Assembly (NCBI GenBank): GCA_963772655.1
Contig: CAVYYE010000003.1
Span: 2,865,341-2,888,863, forward strand
Origin: an uncultured delta proteobacterium
Lineage (GTDB): Bacteria; Myxococcota_A; Polyangia; Haliangiales; Haliangiaceae
Reading direction: 5' to 3'
DNA length: 23,523 nt
Shown piece by piece: positions 8,761 to 17,216 of the stretch. The notes under the pieces are model-generated. The model saw nothing but the letters and a program-made list of their open reading frames with translations, was not told where the DNA came from and made no database searches. Position 1 is the first letter of the stretch; every line of letters starts with the position of its first letter. The position numbers and the translations under genes were made by a program.

Positions 8761-9948
8761 TCACGACGCCGCGACGCACGCGCGCACCAGCTTCATGTAG
8801 TGGTGCCACTTCCAGTGGCGCCCCGGATCGCTGTGATGCGAGACCCCGCCGCAGGCTCCCGCCGCGGCACGGGCATCGCTGCACAGCCGGTGCGAGGCCA
8901 GGTTCGACGGGATGTTGCCGTGGCCGAAGATGTGTTTGCGATCGACGGGGATGTGGTGCTTGACCGCGATCGCGCAGGTCAGCGCCGCCGACGCGCGGTA
9001 CTGGGTGTCGACGTAGTAGCCGCCGCCCTTCGCGCGATGCGCGAACCCCTCGTGCTCGATCCCGATCGAGTGACGGTTGAACCAGCCGTGGCCCGCATGC
9101 CACGCGTTGTCGCCCTCGTGGACCATCTGCACGATGTGGCCGTCGCGGGCGCGCACGATGTAGTGCGCCGAGGCCTGGCTCGCCGACGACTTGAACACGT
9201 GGATCGCACCCGCCATCGTGCCTTCGATGTCGTGGACGACGACGTAGCGGATCGCGTAGCCGAGGCGGCTCGAGTGATTGGGCGACGCGATCCACTGGCG
9301 CTTCGGATACTTGCCGGGCACCGGCAGCGCCTCGAGCGCGATCGCGTGCGGCCCCGGGTCGGCGGCGAGCGTCAGGTGCTCGCCGTCGGAGGTCGTCAGA
9401 TCGAAGCCGTCGGCGATCGTGGCATCGAGATCGTCGAGGGCGAACCCGGCCGCGTCGGCGTCCCCGTCGAGGCCGAGCAGCGACACCGTGGCGGTGCGTA
9501 GGTCGGTATCGTCGCGCGCGTCGGCGAGCAGCGCGGCCGCGGCGGCGGCGTTGGCATCGAGCCGGTTCTCGATGTCGGCCGGCGCATCGCCGGTGAGCTC
9601 GGACGCCCGCGCGATCTGCGCGTCCGTCAGATACATGAGGCCGTGGGCGTTGGTGTCGTCGACGTCGGCGCCGCCGACCGCCGCGGCGTCGTCGAGCGTG
9701 CCGTCGGTCTCGTCGACCTCGGTGTCGGCCGCGAGGGCATCGCCGTCGTCGGACTCGGCCGGGGCATCGACGGTCGCGACCGTGCCGGCGAGCTCGAACC
9801 GTCCGCGTTCGTACGCGATCGCGAGCAGCCACGGCTCGGGGATCGCGTAGGCGGTCGCGGCCTCGTGGATCGCCGACGCACGGGTCGCTTCGGAAGGTGG
9901 CGCCGCACACGCGGCGAGACTCAGGCAGACCAGGATTCGAAACCTCAC
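8761..9948 (-). CDS. N-acetylmuramoyl-L-alanine amidase (Amidase_2/PGRP family) lipoprotein with an acidic disordered N-region
   Basis: GTG start at 9948, preceded by a perfect AGGAGG (9952-9957 on the + strand, 5-nt spacer). Signal peptide plus lipobox LSLAAC. The C-terminal domain (YVVVHDIEGTM...HAGHGWFNRHSIGIEHEG...HIFGHGNIP) carries zinc-binding His residues typical of Amidase_2. The stop abuts the M16 stop with zero gap. Confidence 0.85.
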   Translation of the reverse strand: MRFRILVCLSLAACAAPPSEATRASAIHEAATAYAIPEPWLLAIAYERGRFELAGTVATVDAPAESDDGDALAADTEVDETDGTLDDAAAVGGADVDDTNAHGLMYLTDAQIARASELTGDAPADIENRLDANAAAAAALLADARDDTDLRTATVSLLGLDGDADAAGFALDDLDATIADGFDLTTSDGEHLTLAADPGPHAIALEALPVPGKYPKRQWIASPNHSSRLGYAIRYVVVHDIEGTMAGAIHVFKSSASQASAHYIVRARDGHIVQMVHEGDNAWHAGHGWFNRHSIGIEHEGFAHRAKGGGYYVDTQYRASAALTCAIAVKHHIPVDRKHIFGHGNIPSNLASHRLCSDARAAAGACGGVSHHSDPGRHWKWHHYMKLVRACVAAS

Positions 9949-9951
9949 GAC

Positions 9952-9957
9952 GTCCTC
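9952..9957 (-). promoter_or_regulatory. Shine-Dalgarno (AGGAGG) for the amidase gene, located in the 9-bp gap after the upstream gene stop
   Basis: tag-GAGGAC-GTC-GTG as read on the minus strand. Confidence 0.7.
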
Positions 9958-11793
9958 CTAACGGAACCGAAGGGTCTGGTGATGCATCCGCGCGATCAGC
10001 TGGGCGTACGAGTACGCCGACGGCGGTGCCATGTCCGACTTGTTGACGAAGTAGTAACCGACGCCGTGCTGCTGCCGCAGGCGCTTGCTGCCGTGCCGGA
10101 TCGCGTTGACCTCGCGCCGGATCGCGGCGAGGTCGTGGCTCGGTTGATCGAGGTAGCGGTACTGCGGATAGATCGAGTGCATGCTCGTGCCGAGCACGCT
10201 GATCGCGCGCAGGTTGATGCCGCCGCCGTACTTCATGCCCCGGGTCGAGCGGGCGAGGCGAGCGGCGGCGGTCCGTAGCGTCGACGGTGCCGCGCCCGCC
10301 ATCACCTGCGCCGTGTGCAGGTAGACCTCGAGCGCGATCCCGCGGCCGCGCCGCTTGAGGGCACGCATCAGGTACCGACGATCGCGCAGCCGCTGGGCGC
10401 CGCCGGCGTACTGCGTGAGATCGATGCTGACGTACCCGATCACGGTGCGCGGCGGCAGCCGGAGCAGCAGCTTGCGAAACCGGTGGTTGAGCGCGTGGCC
10501 GTCGGCCCAGTCGGCGGCCGCCGTGATCTCGTCGACGACGATGTAGTCGTAGCCGCTGGCGAGCTTGGCGCGCAGATACGCCGCGGTGCGCTCGACGCCG
10601 TTGGGCCGCGCGAGCAGCTCGCGCAACTTGTCGCCGTTGCGATCGAGCACGAACGCGGTGCGCCCGCCGCGCTCGTGGTTGGCCGGGTTCTTCATCCGGC
10701 CGTGCGGTCCGCTCTCGCGCTTCTCCCCGACGATGACCTCGCCGGGACAGCCACCGAGGAACTGCTCGGTCTCGTCGGCGCCCGGGCTCGCGTACAGCAG
10801 GAACCAGGGCGAGTGCTTGGTGACGTGGCAGGTCGCGGCGTAGAGCGCCGGCGCATCGGCCGGTTCCGGATCGCCGAGGCCCGGCGGCCACACGTACCCG
10901 AGCGTGCCGGCGACCGTGTAGCCGTCGCCGGTCAGGGTCTCGATGGTCTCGGGCGAGGTCTCGTAGACGCGGCAGCCGTCGGGCGCGATCAGCTCGACGA
11001 ACGCGGCCGTCCCGTCGCCGTCGTCGGACCGTGCCCAGCCGAGGAGCTCGGTGCCGTCGCCGGGCGTCGCGGTCAGGCGATCGCCGCAGGCGTCCGCGTC
11101 CGCGCGCAGGATCGGGACGTCGCCGGTTCGCTCGAGCGCGAACTGCGCGGTCGGTTGCCCGGTGTCGGCGGCGAGCGGCTGATGCGCGAGCACGAAGCGC
11201 GCCCCGATCCCGTCGGACCGTGCGGCGGAGAACACGTCGATCCGTGCGACCGCCGACGGCGTCGGACCGTCGTTCGCCAGCTCGTCCCAGTCGGCCGCGG
11301 CGTCGGTCGCGCACGACGCCGCGAGCGCCAGCACGACGAGAGATTGCCGCCGCCGCCGGATCGCGATCGCGATCAGCAGCACGACCGCGAGTCCGACGAT
11401 CGCGCCCGGCGCCGCGGTGGTCGCGCAGCCGCCGAGGTCGACCGCGTCGAGGTCGCCCGGCATGCATCGCCCACCGTCGAGCACGGCGCCGTCGGGGCAC
11501 GACACCGCCGCCGCGTCGACCGCCCAGTCGATCGGATCGTCCGGCACCGCCGCCGCATCCTCGTCGGCCTCGAGCGTCGCGTCCGCCGACTCCGGCAGAC
11601 AGCCCGCGCCCGGCAACGTGCACTCGTCGACGTCCCAGTCGACGCTGCACTCGTCGTCGCACGCGCACCCCGCGTCGCACGCCGCCGCGTGTTGGTTGCA
11701 CGTGCACGCCTGGTGATCGTCGATCTGCGCATCGGCGTTGGAGGCCGACGCGACGATCATCCACGTGACGAACCAGATCTTCCAGACGTGCAT
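9958..11793 (-). CDS. secreted Cys-rich/MYXO-CTERM-like N-module fused in frame to a glycoside-hydrolase-like (TIM-barrel) lipoprotein-like module
   Basis: ATG at 11793 with a signal peptide MHVWKIWFVTWMIVASASNA. A Cys-rich stretch (CTCNQHAAACDAGCACDDEC...) is followed by GGCATTAAPGAIVGLAVVLLIAIAIRRRRQ, which matches the MYXO-CTERM pattern (Cys, hydrophobic stretch, RRRR). A lipobox-like LVVLALAASC comes next with no intervening stop or Met. The C-terminal roughly 330 aa (GYDYIVVDEI..GYVSIDLT..EVYLHT..YYFVN) looks like a GH114/GHL-type TIM barrel, though the family is uncertain. The ORF is open upstream to 12108, but that extension lacks a signal peptide. Confidence 0.6.
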   Translation of the reverse strand: MHVWKIWFVTWMIVASASNADAQIDDHQACTCNQHAAACDAGCACDDECSVDWDVDECTLPGAGCLPESADATLEADEDAAAVPDDPIDWAVDAAAVSCPDGAVLDGGRCMPGDLDAVDLGGCATTAAPGAIVGLAVVLLIAIAIRRRRQSLVVLALAASCATDAAADWDELANDGPTPSAVARIDVFSAARSDGIGARFVLAHQPLAADTGQPTAQFALERTGDVPILRADADACGDRLTATPGDGTELLGWARSDDGDGTAAFVELIAPDGCRVYETSPETIETLTGDGYTVAGTLGYVWPPGLGDPEPADAPALYAATCHVTKHSPWFLLYASPGADETEQFLGGCPGEVIVGEKRESGPHGRMKNPANHERGGRTAFVLDRNGDKLRELLARPNGVERTAAYLRAKLASGYDYIVVDEITAAADWADGHALNHRFRKLLLRLPPRTVIGYVSIDLTQYAGGAQRLRDRRYLMRALKRRGRGIALEVYLHTAQVMAGAAPSTLRTAAARLARSTRGMKYGGGINLRAISVLGTSMHSIYPQYRYLDQPSHDLAAIRREVNAIRHGSKRLRQQHGVGYYFVNKSDMAPPSAYSYAQLIARMHHQTLRFR

Positions 11794-11872
11794 GTTCGGG
11801 CCGAAGAGCACCTCGCGTGCCGAGACTCGTCGCAGGCTCGCCGACAATGGTTTGGTCTGGTTGCCGGCGTTC

Positions 11873-11892
11873 GATCGCCCATGATCGCCCAT
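11873..11892. repeat. perfect tandem duplication of the 10-mer gatcgcccat, x2
   Basis: Read directly from the sequence. It lies in the divergent promoter region between 11793 (- gene) and 12048 (+ gene). Confidence 0.8.
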
Positions 11893-12047
11893 GACAGGTC
11901 CTGAACCTCCCCGGTGAGACGTGTCAGTTGCGCAGTGATGTCCACGGTTTGGCGAGCTGAGCCGGCGTCGATTGCGCGTACCGACCAGATCTCGCGGCGC
12001 TCGCCGCACGCCGCGGGGAGGCACGTCGGTTGCCTGTCGGCGAGCGC

Positions 12048-13001
12048 ATGACGATCTCCCGTTTCGCTGTGCTCGCCGTGCTGCTGGGTTCGATGACCGG
12101 TTGCGCACTCGACGATCCCGCCACCGACGACACCACCGACGATCCGGGTGTGTTCGAGGTCCAGACCACCGGCACCCTCCGCGGCGTCGATCGCGCGGGC
12201 GCGTTCTCGACGCGCGAGGCCAAGCGTCTCGCCCACCGTCACGCCGTGCGGTGGACCGGCGTCTACATCGGCGGTGCGTGCAACGCCGGCTACGGCTGGA
12301 GCAAGCACCGGGTGCGCGTGCTGCACGATGCGGTCGGCTGGCGGTTCCTGCCGATCTGGGTCGGACAACAGACCTCGAACATCTGCCGCCATCACCGCCT
12401 GACGTACGCGCGCGGGCTCGCCGACGGCAAGGCCGCCGTCAAGCGCATGCGTGCGTTCGGGTGGCATCCGCATCGCGAGATCCCGATCGCGCTCGACGTC
12501 GAGGGCGGCACCTACGCGTCCGCGCACCACCCGTCGACGGCCTACACCCGTGGCTGGGTCAAGTCGGTCCGCGCCGCCGGGTATCGTGCCTACGTCTACT
12601 CGAGCGAGCTCGCCGTCGAGCACTACCACGATCGCCACATCCCGCTCGACGGCGTGTGGGTCGCGAGCTGGTACTACACGAGCTTTCACGCCGCCGATCC
12701 GTCGCAGCTCTCGCTCGGCCAGCGGTATCGCCACCACGATCGGGCGTGGCAGTACGCGGGCGACTTCACGGTGACCGGGGTCGGCCGCGTCGATGGCAAC
12801 GTCTCCGATCTGCTGCTCGCGCCCGGGCCCGGCGGCACCAACGTGGAGCCCGGCACCTCGCCGCGCACGCTCGATGCCGAACCGCTGACGATCGATGACG
12901 AGGCCGCGGCGTTCGACGAGCTCGCCCTCGAGCCCGCCGACGACCCGGGTTCGCTCGACGACCTAGGTTCGCTCGACGACAGCGGCGACCTCGACGAGTG
13001 A
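12048..13001 (+). CDS. DUF1906 (Rv2525c-like, GH25-like glycoside-hydrolase fold) lipoprotein with an acidic C-terminal tail
   Basis: ATG at 12048. MTISRFAVLAVLLGSMTGC is a signal peptide plus lipobox-like TGC. WTGVYIGG..VGWRFLPIWVGQQ...IPIALDVE...AYVYSS..WVASW resembles Rv2525c-like domains. The tail DDPGSLDDLGSLDDSGDLDE is encoded by an imperfect 18-bp tandem (ggttcgctcgacgac x2). The ORF is open from 12030 (M at 12030 unlikely). Confidence 0.6.
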   Translation: MTISRFAVLAVLLGSMTGCALDDPATDDTTDDPGVFEVQTTGTLRGVDRAGAFSTREAKRLAHRHAVRWTGVYIGGACNAGYGWSKHRVRVLHDAVGWRFLPIWVGQQTSNICRHHRLTYARGLADGKAAVKRMRAFGWHPHREIPIALDVEGGTYASAHHPSTAYTRGWVKSVRAAGYRAYVYSSELAVEHYHDRHIPLDGVWVASWYYTSFHAADPSQLSLGQRYRHHDRAWQYAGDFTVTGVGRVDGNVSDLLLAPGPGGTNVEPGTSPRTLDAEPLTIDDEAAAFDELALEPADDPGSLDDLGSLDDSGDLDE

Positions 13002-13177
13002 GCCCAACCGCGACACACATGTCGCGCTCGAACGCACCACCGCGTCGCGGTGCGCCTTCCTCCGTCACCTGCTCGGCTCCGGTCACGCGTGTCCGTAGTC
13101 CTGGCGTAACCTTCGAGTTGTCGTCGTCGTGGCAGTTGTTCGCGCGACGAGCCACCGACTCGGATAGACTCGATGTG

Positions 13178-14320
13178 ATGGGGTGGCGACTCGCGGTTAT
13201 GAGTTGTCTCGTTGGCTGCTACTCGCCACGAGGCCCGGCAGGTGCGCCCTGTGGTCCCGCGGGAGAGTGTCCGAGCGGTCAGGCCTGCGTGACCCAGACC
13301 GGAGTGTGCCAACCGATCGGGACCTCGGTCGATCCCGATGCGAGTGATGCGCCGGTGTCTCCACCCGACGGTGCGAGCGACTGGTGGGATCTCGCCTGGA
13401 CCCACCGCCGCGCGATCGACGTCGTCGCCGGCGATAACGGCACCCCGGCGCGCTACTCGCTGTCGATCACGTTCGATCACGACACGCTCGTCGATACCGG
13501 CGAGGCGCTGGCATCCGGAGACGACGTCCGGATCGTGCGCGCCGACGGCGTCGAGGTCGAGCGCGTGCTCGACTCGGGCTCGGACTGGCGCTCGCCGACG
13601 ACGACCGTGTGGTTCGCCCACGAGCCGGCGCTCGCCGACAACGCTGCCGTTCGCTACTACCTCTACTACGGCAATCCGAGCGCCGGAGCGCCACCCGAGA
13701 ACGCGTCGAAGGTGTTCCTGCTCGCCGACGGGTTCGAGGGCACGCTGTCGCAGTGGTTCGCCGATGCGAGCGTCGGTCGTACGACCTCGCGCGCCCATAG
13801 CGGCACCCACGCGGTCCGCGTCCCGCCGCAGGACCAGACCGGGGTCGGGATCTCGGCGATGGACATCGACGAACGCGATGTCGTGCTCGATGCGTGGTGG
13901 AACCTCGAGGTCGCACTCGGTGCCGACGTCTCGATGGGCATTCGCGAGAACGCGACCTCGGTGTACTTCACCGACCTCCAGCAGATCGATGCCGGTCAGC
14001 CTTCGGTGTGGGACATCTCGAAGTTCGAGAGCGACACCTACACCGAGCTGGTACCGGCGCCGCCGGGCGCTCCCGGCGCGGCCGACGACACCTGGACCCG
14101 GGTGACGATCTACGCGTATCGCCACTCGATGGCGCTCGACATCGACGGCCAGCGCTACGTGCCGGAGTCGGGGTTCGCGACCGTCGACGCCGACCTGTCG
14201 GGCACGGTCGGCATGGGCGCGTACTTGACGACCGGCGACACGTTCTTCGACGACGTGACGCTGCGGCGGTTCGTGCTGCCCGAGCCGACGGTCACGCTCG
14301 GTCCCGACGAGACCCCGTAG
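13178..14320 (+). CDS. DUF2341 domain + LamG/concanavalin-like domain lipoprotein
   Basis: ATG at 13178 follows a lower-GC 175-bp intergenic region. MGWRLAVMSCLVGC is a short signal peptide plus lipobox. WWDLAWTHRRAIDV...YSLSITFDHDTLV...GDDVRIV..VWFAHEPALADNAAVRYYLYYGNP matches the DUF2341 consensus (WW..W.YR..I.I...FP...GDD..F...W..VP.L...YMYYGN). A DGFEG...W start to a LamG-like module follows. Confidence 0.65.
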   Translation: MGWRLAVMSCLVGCYSPRGPAGAPCGPAGECPSGQACVTQTGVCQPIGTSVDPDASDAPVSPPDGASDWWDLAWTHRRAIDVVAGDNGTPARYSLSITFDHDTLVDTGEALASGDDVRIVRADGVEVERVLDSGSDWRSPTTTVWFAHEPALADNAAVRYYLYYGNPSAGAPPENASKVFLLADGFEGTLSQWFADASVGRTTSRAHSGTHAVRVPPQDQTGVGISAMDIDERDVVLDAWWNLEVALGADVSMGIRENATSVYFTDLQQIDAGQPSVWDISKFESDTYTELVPAPPGAPGAADDTWTRVTIYAYRHSMALDIDGQRYVPESGFATVDADLSGTVGMGAYLTTGDTFFDDVTLRRFVLPEPTVTLGPDETP

Positions 14321-14348
14321 CTCGTCGATCGTAGCGAGTCGATCGTAG

Positions 14349-15890
14349 CTACTCGATCGTCGCCACGTGGCGCATCACCACGCGGCCGCTGGCGTCGACC
14401 AGCTTGAGGCCACCGCGGCGCGTGCCGATCAGGGTGTACGCGGTGCCGTCGACGTCGAGCGACGTGCCGTCGGCTGCGGTCACCCGCGAGGCGCCGAGCG
14501 TCGCGAGCGACATCGCCTGGTGGTGGCCGAGCGAGATCGCCGCGCCGCGCACGGTGACGGTGGTCGGAGCGACGCGCGCCATCGCGGTCGAGGTGTCGCG
14601 CGCCGGCGGCGCGTTCCACGCGATCGGGTGATCGTGGGCGATCACGACGGTCGCCGGCGCGGTGGCGATCGCGTCGATCTGGCTGACGAAGCCCTCGAGG
14701 GCCGGCATCTCGGCGAGCCAGCTGGTGGCGCCGGTCGCGGGATCGATCTTGACCATCGAGCGCGACGACAACAGGTCGGTGCCCTCGTTGGTGCCGTCGT
14801 TGTTACCGGTGGTCGAGTTATCGAACGAGCCGACGATCACGCCCTGGATGCTCGCCATCGCGTTGGGCATGAACGACTGGTTGGCGAACACGCCGTAGTC
14901 GAGCGCCGCGATCGTGGTCTCTGCGCCGGTCGTGGTGTCCACCGAGTTGAGGTCCATCGTGCCGGCGTTGACGTTGAGATTCGCCGCCAGCAGGTTGTTG
15001 TTGTCGTCGAACACCATGCCGCCGCCGAACGCGAACCCGTTCGTGGCCACCGGCGTGACCGCCGCCGTGGTCGGGTCGATCGTGACCAGTCCGGCGATGC
15101 CCGAGTGGCCGTACAGCGTCGCGCCGTCGAACTTGATGTCGGCGATGTGGTGCTCGTTGTTGCCGTCGGTCAGCGTGCCGATCACCGTCACCTTCGCGGT
15201 CTGCGGGTCGACCGTGACCAGCTGCGAGGTCTTCGTGAGCCCCGCGGCCGTGGTGCCGAACAGCGTGCCGTTGCCGTCGAACGCGAGGCCGGTGAGGCCG
15301 TACGTCGTGTTGGCGTCGGTGGCGTCGGTGAGGATGTCGATCACGCCCCAGAACCCGTTGGTCGGATCGATCAGGTAGAGGAAGCCGTTGTCGAGGCCGC
15401 GGCCATCGGCGGCGTAGATCGCGAGGTACTCGAACGACGTCGTGACGCTGCCCTTGTCGGTGGTCACCGTGACCGTGGTGTCGATCGACACGCCCGGCGG
15501 GATCACGCCGGCGATCCGGTTCGGCGTCACCGCGGCGATCGTCGCGGCCTGGTCGCCGAACTTCACGGTGACGTTGCCGGCGCCCTGACCGGCGAAGTTG
15601 GTGCCGTCGATCGCGAACACCGTGCCGCCCGAGATCCCGGCCGCGCCCGGCGTGATCGCCGTGATCGTCGGAATGCCGACGTCGTCCTGACCGTCGGGAA
15701 CGCACTCGCCGTTGGCCTCGTGCGTGCCGGTGCCGCAGGTCAGCCCGTCGGGCGGCGGGGTGCCATCGGGCACGCACACCCCGTCCATCTCCACCGTTCC
15801 CGTACCGCACGTGATCGTCGTGCCCGCGGGGTCAGATCCACCACACGACACCAACGGGAGACAGAGCAGCGTGAGGAGGACTCGCTTCAT
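14349..15890 (-). CDS. lipoprotein with an IPT/TIG domain and beta-propeller-like repeats
   Basis: ATG at 15890. MKRVLLTLLCLPLVSC is a signal peptide plus lipobox LVSC. The TIG-like segment is ITAITPGAAGISGGTVFAIDGTNFAG...VTVKFGDQAATIAAVTPNRIAGVIPPG. The motif L(V/Y)xIDPxTG recurs four times, which suggests propeller blades. Confidence 0.7.
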   Translation of the reverse strand: MKRVLLTLLCLPLVSCGGSDPAGTTITCGTGTVEMDGVCVPDGTPPPDGLTCGTGTHEANGECVPDGQDDVGIPTITAITPGAAGISGGTVFAIDGTNFAGQGAGNVTVKFGDQAATIAAVTPNRIAGVIPPGVSIDTTVTVTTDKGSVTTSFEYLAIYAADGRGLDNGFLYLIDPTNGFWGVIDILTDATDANTTYGLTGLAFDGNGTLFGTTAAGLTKTSQLVTVDPQTAKVTVIGTLTDGNNEHHIADIKFDGATLYGHSGIAGLVTIDPTTAAVTPVATNGFAFGGGMVFDDNNNLLAANLNVNAGTMDLNSVDTTTGAETTIAALDYGVFANQSFMPNAMASIQGVIVGSFDNSTTGNNDGTNEGTDLLSSRSMVKIDPATGATSWLAEMPALEGFVSQIDAIATAPATVVIAHDHPIAWNAPPARDTSTAMARVAPTTVTVRGAAISLGHHQAMSLATLGASRVTAADGTSLDVDGTAYTLIGTRRGGLKLVDASGRVVMRHVATIE

Positions 15891-15966
15891 GAGCTGCCTA
15901 CACCACGTTTCGGGCGGTTCGCACAAGATCGAATTCGCGCCAGGCATGTTGCCGGCGTGAGCCGAG

Positions 15967-16320
15967 TTACGTTTCGGCCGAGATCGGTGCCGACAACAGG
16001 TCGACCCAGACGTCACCGTCGACGATCGTCACCCGGTAGCGCCGCAGGGTCAGCGTCGGATCGTGCTCGCACGCACCGGTGCGCAGGTCGAACACGTAGC
16101 TGTGACCGGGACACGTCAGCTCGCAGCCGACCAGCTTGCCGCCGGCGAGCTCGACGTCCTCGTGCGGGCACACGCCGGGGGTCGCGACGATGTCGCCGGC
16201 CTCGCCATCGTCGCCTTCCAGGCGCACGACGAGCACCGGCCACGTGACGCCCTCGACCGCGAACGCGCGCGGCTGGTCGCCGACGTCGGTCACGCTGCAC
16301 ACGCGCACGCGCAGCGCCAT
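15967..16320 (-). CDS. small Rieske [2Fe-2S] domain protein (NirD-like ferredoxin)
   Basis: 117 aa. The Rieske ligand motifs CPH (CxH) and CPGH (CxxH) are separated by 16 residues: CPHEDVELAGGKLVGCELTCPGHSYVFDLRTGAC. Its ATG overlaps the upstream permease stop as ATGA at 16317-16320. Confidence 0.8.
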   Translation of the reverse strand: MALRVRVCSVTDVGDQPRAFAVEGVTWPVLVVRLEGDDGEAGDIVATPGVCPHEDVELAGGKLVGCELTCPGHSYVFDLRTGACEHDPTLTLRRYRVTIVDGDVWVDLLSAPISAET

Positions 16321-17216
16321 CACCGCCTCCCGCGTTGTCGCGGATCCGACCAGTCGCGAAGACCGTCGCCGAGCAGGTTGGCGCCGAGCACGACCCACAT
16401 GATCGCGAGGCCGGGAACCAGCGCGTAGAGCTCGACCCAGTCGGTCTTCCACAAGAACGTGCGCGCCTGGTCGAGCATCGCGCCCCACGCGTAGTCGGTG
16501 TGCGTGCCGAGGCCGAGGAAGCTGAGCGTCGCCTCGACGAGGATCACCGCCGCGAACCCGAACGACATCTGCACGAGCGCCGGACCCATCAGGTTCGGCA
16601 CCAGGTGGCGCCACATCACGCGCACGTTCGAGGCGCCGAGCGCGACGGTGGCGGTCACGTAGTCGCGTTCGCGCAGCGCGAGCACCTGGCCGCGGGCGAC
16701 GCGCGCGTAGCCGACCCAGCCGTTGGCGATCAGGGCCGCGATCAGGATCCCGAGCCCCGGGCGATCGACGGTCGCGACGATCGCGATGTTGAGCAAGATG
16801 CCGGGAAACGCCATCAGCACGTCGACGATCCGCATCACGATCTCGTCGACGATGCCGCGATACCAGCCGGCGATCGTGCCGAGTGCGAGGCCGATCGTGG
16901 CCGACACGCCGACGACGATCGAGCTGATCACCAGCGCCGAGCGCGCGCCCCACAGCAGCTGGCTCAGCGTGTCCTGGCCGCGGCTGTCGGTGCCGAGCCA
17001 GTGCGCGCCGCTGATGCCCTCGAACCGGCTGGACAGATCGATCGCGGTCGCGCTCGACACGTCGTGCGGTGCGATCCACGGCCCCAGCACGCCGGCGATC
17101 ACGAATACCGCGAGCATCACCGCGCCGATGCGTCCCGACCAGCCGAGCTGGCGGATGCCGGCGAACGCGCCCCGAAGTGCGCGCCCCGCTTGCAGTGCGA
17201 TCCGGATCGCCTTCAT
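16320..17216 (-). CDS. ABC transporter permease, DppC/OppC-like (BPD_transp_1)
   Basis: 298 aa from ATG 17216 with 6 TM segments. The N-terminal region ([30 protein letters not shown]) and conserved permease-loop region ([22 protein letters not shown]) are typical of OppC/DppC. There is an ATGA overlap with the upstream permease at 17213-17216. The ORF is open from 17984, but that extension is antisense garbage. Confidence 0.85.
   Translation of the reverse strand: MKAIRIALQAGRALRGAFAGIRQLGWSGRIGAVMLAVFVIAGVLGPWIAPHDVSSATAIDLSSRFEGISGAHWLGTDSRGQDTLSQLLWGARSALVISSIVVGVSATIGLALGTIAGWYRGIVDEIVMRIVDVLMAFPGILLNIAIVATVDRPGLGILIAALIANGWVGYARVARGQVLALRERDYVTATVALGASNVRVMWRHLVPNLMGPALVQMSFGFAAVILVEATLSFLGLGTHTDYAWGAMLDQARTFLWKTDWVELYALVPGLAIMWVVLGANLLGDGLRDWSDPRQRGRR

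Noticed and set aside
9928-9946. tRNA T-arm-like string ggtttcgaatcctgg
   Set aside because: It lies inside the amidase start codon region (encoding MRFRILV). No acceptor, D or anticodon arms can be built around it.
8732-11764. 1010-aa ORF on the minus strand spanning the amidase and GH-like genes in another frame, plus ORF 10315..11904(+)
   Set aside because: Poly-Arg/Gly garbage. The genuine frames have a signal peptide, the Amidase_2 motifs and an SD-supported start.
14367-16247. 626-aa + strand ORF and 14818..15810(-) overlapping the TIG lipoprotein gene
   Set aside because: Arg/Asp/Gly-rich off-frame translations. The sense frame has a lipoprotein signal and a TIG domain.
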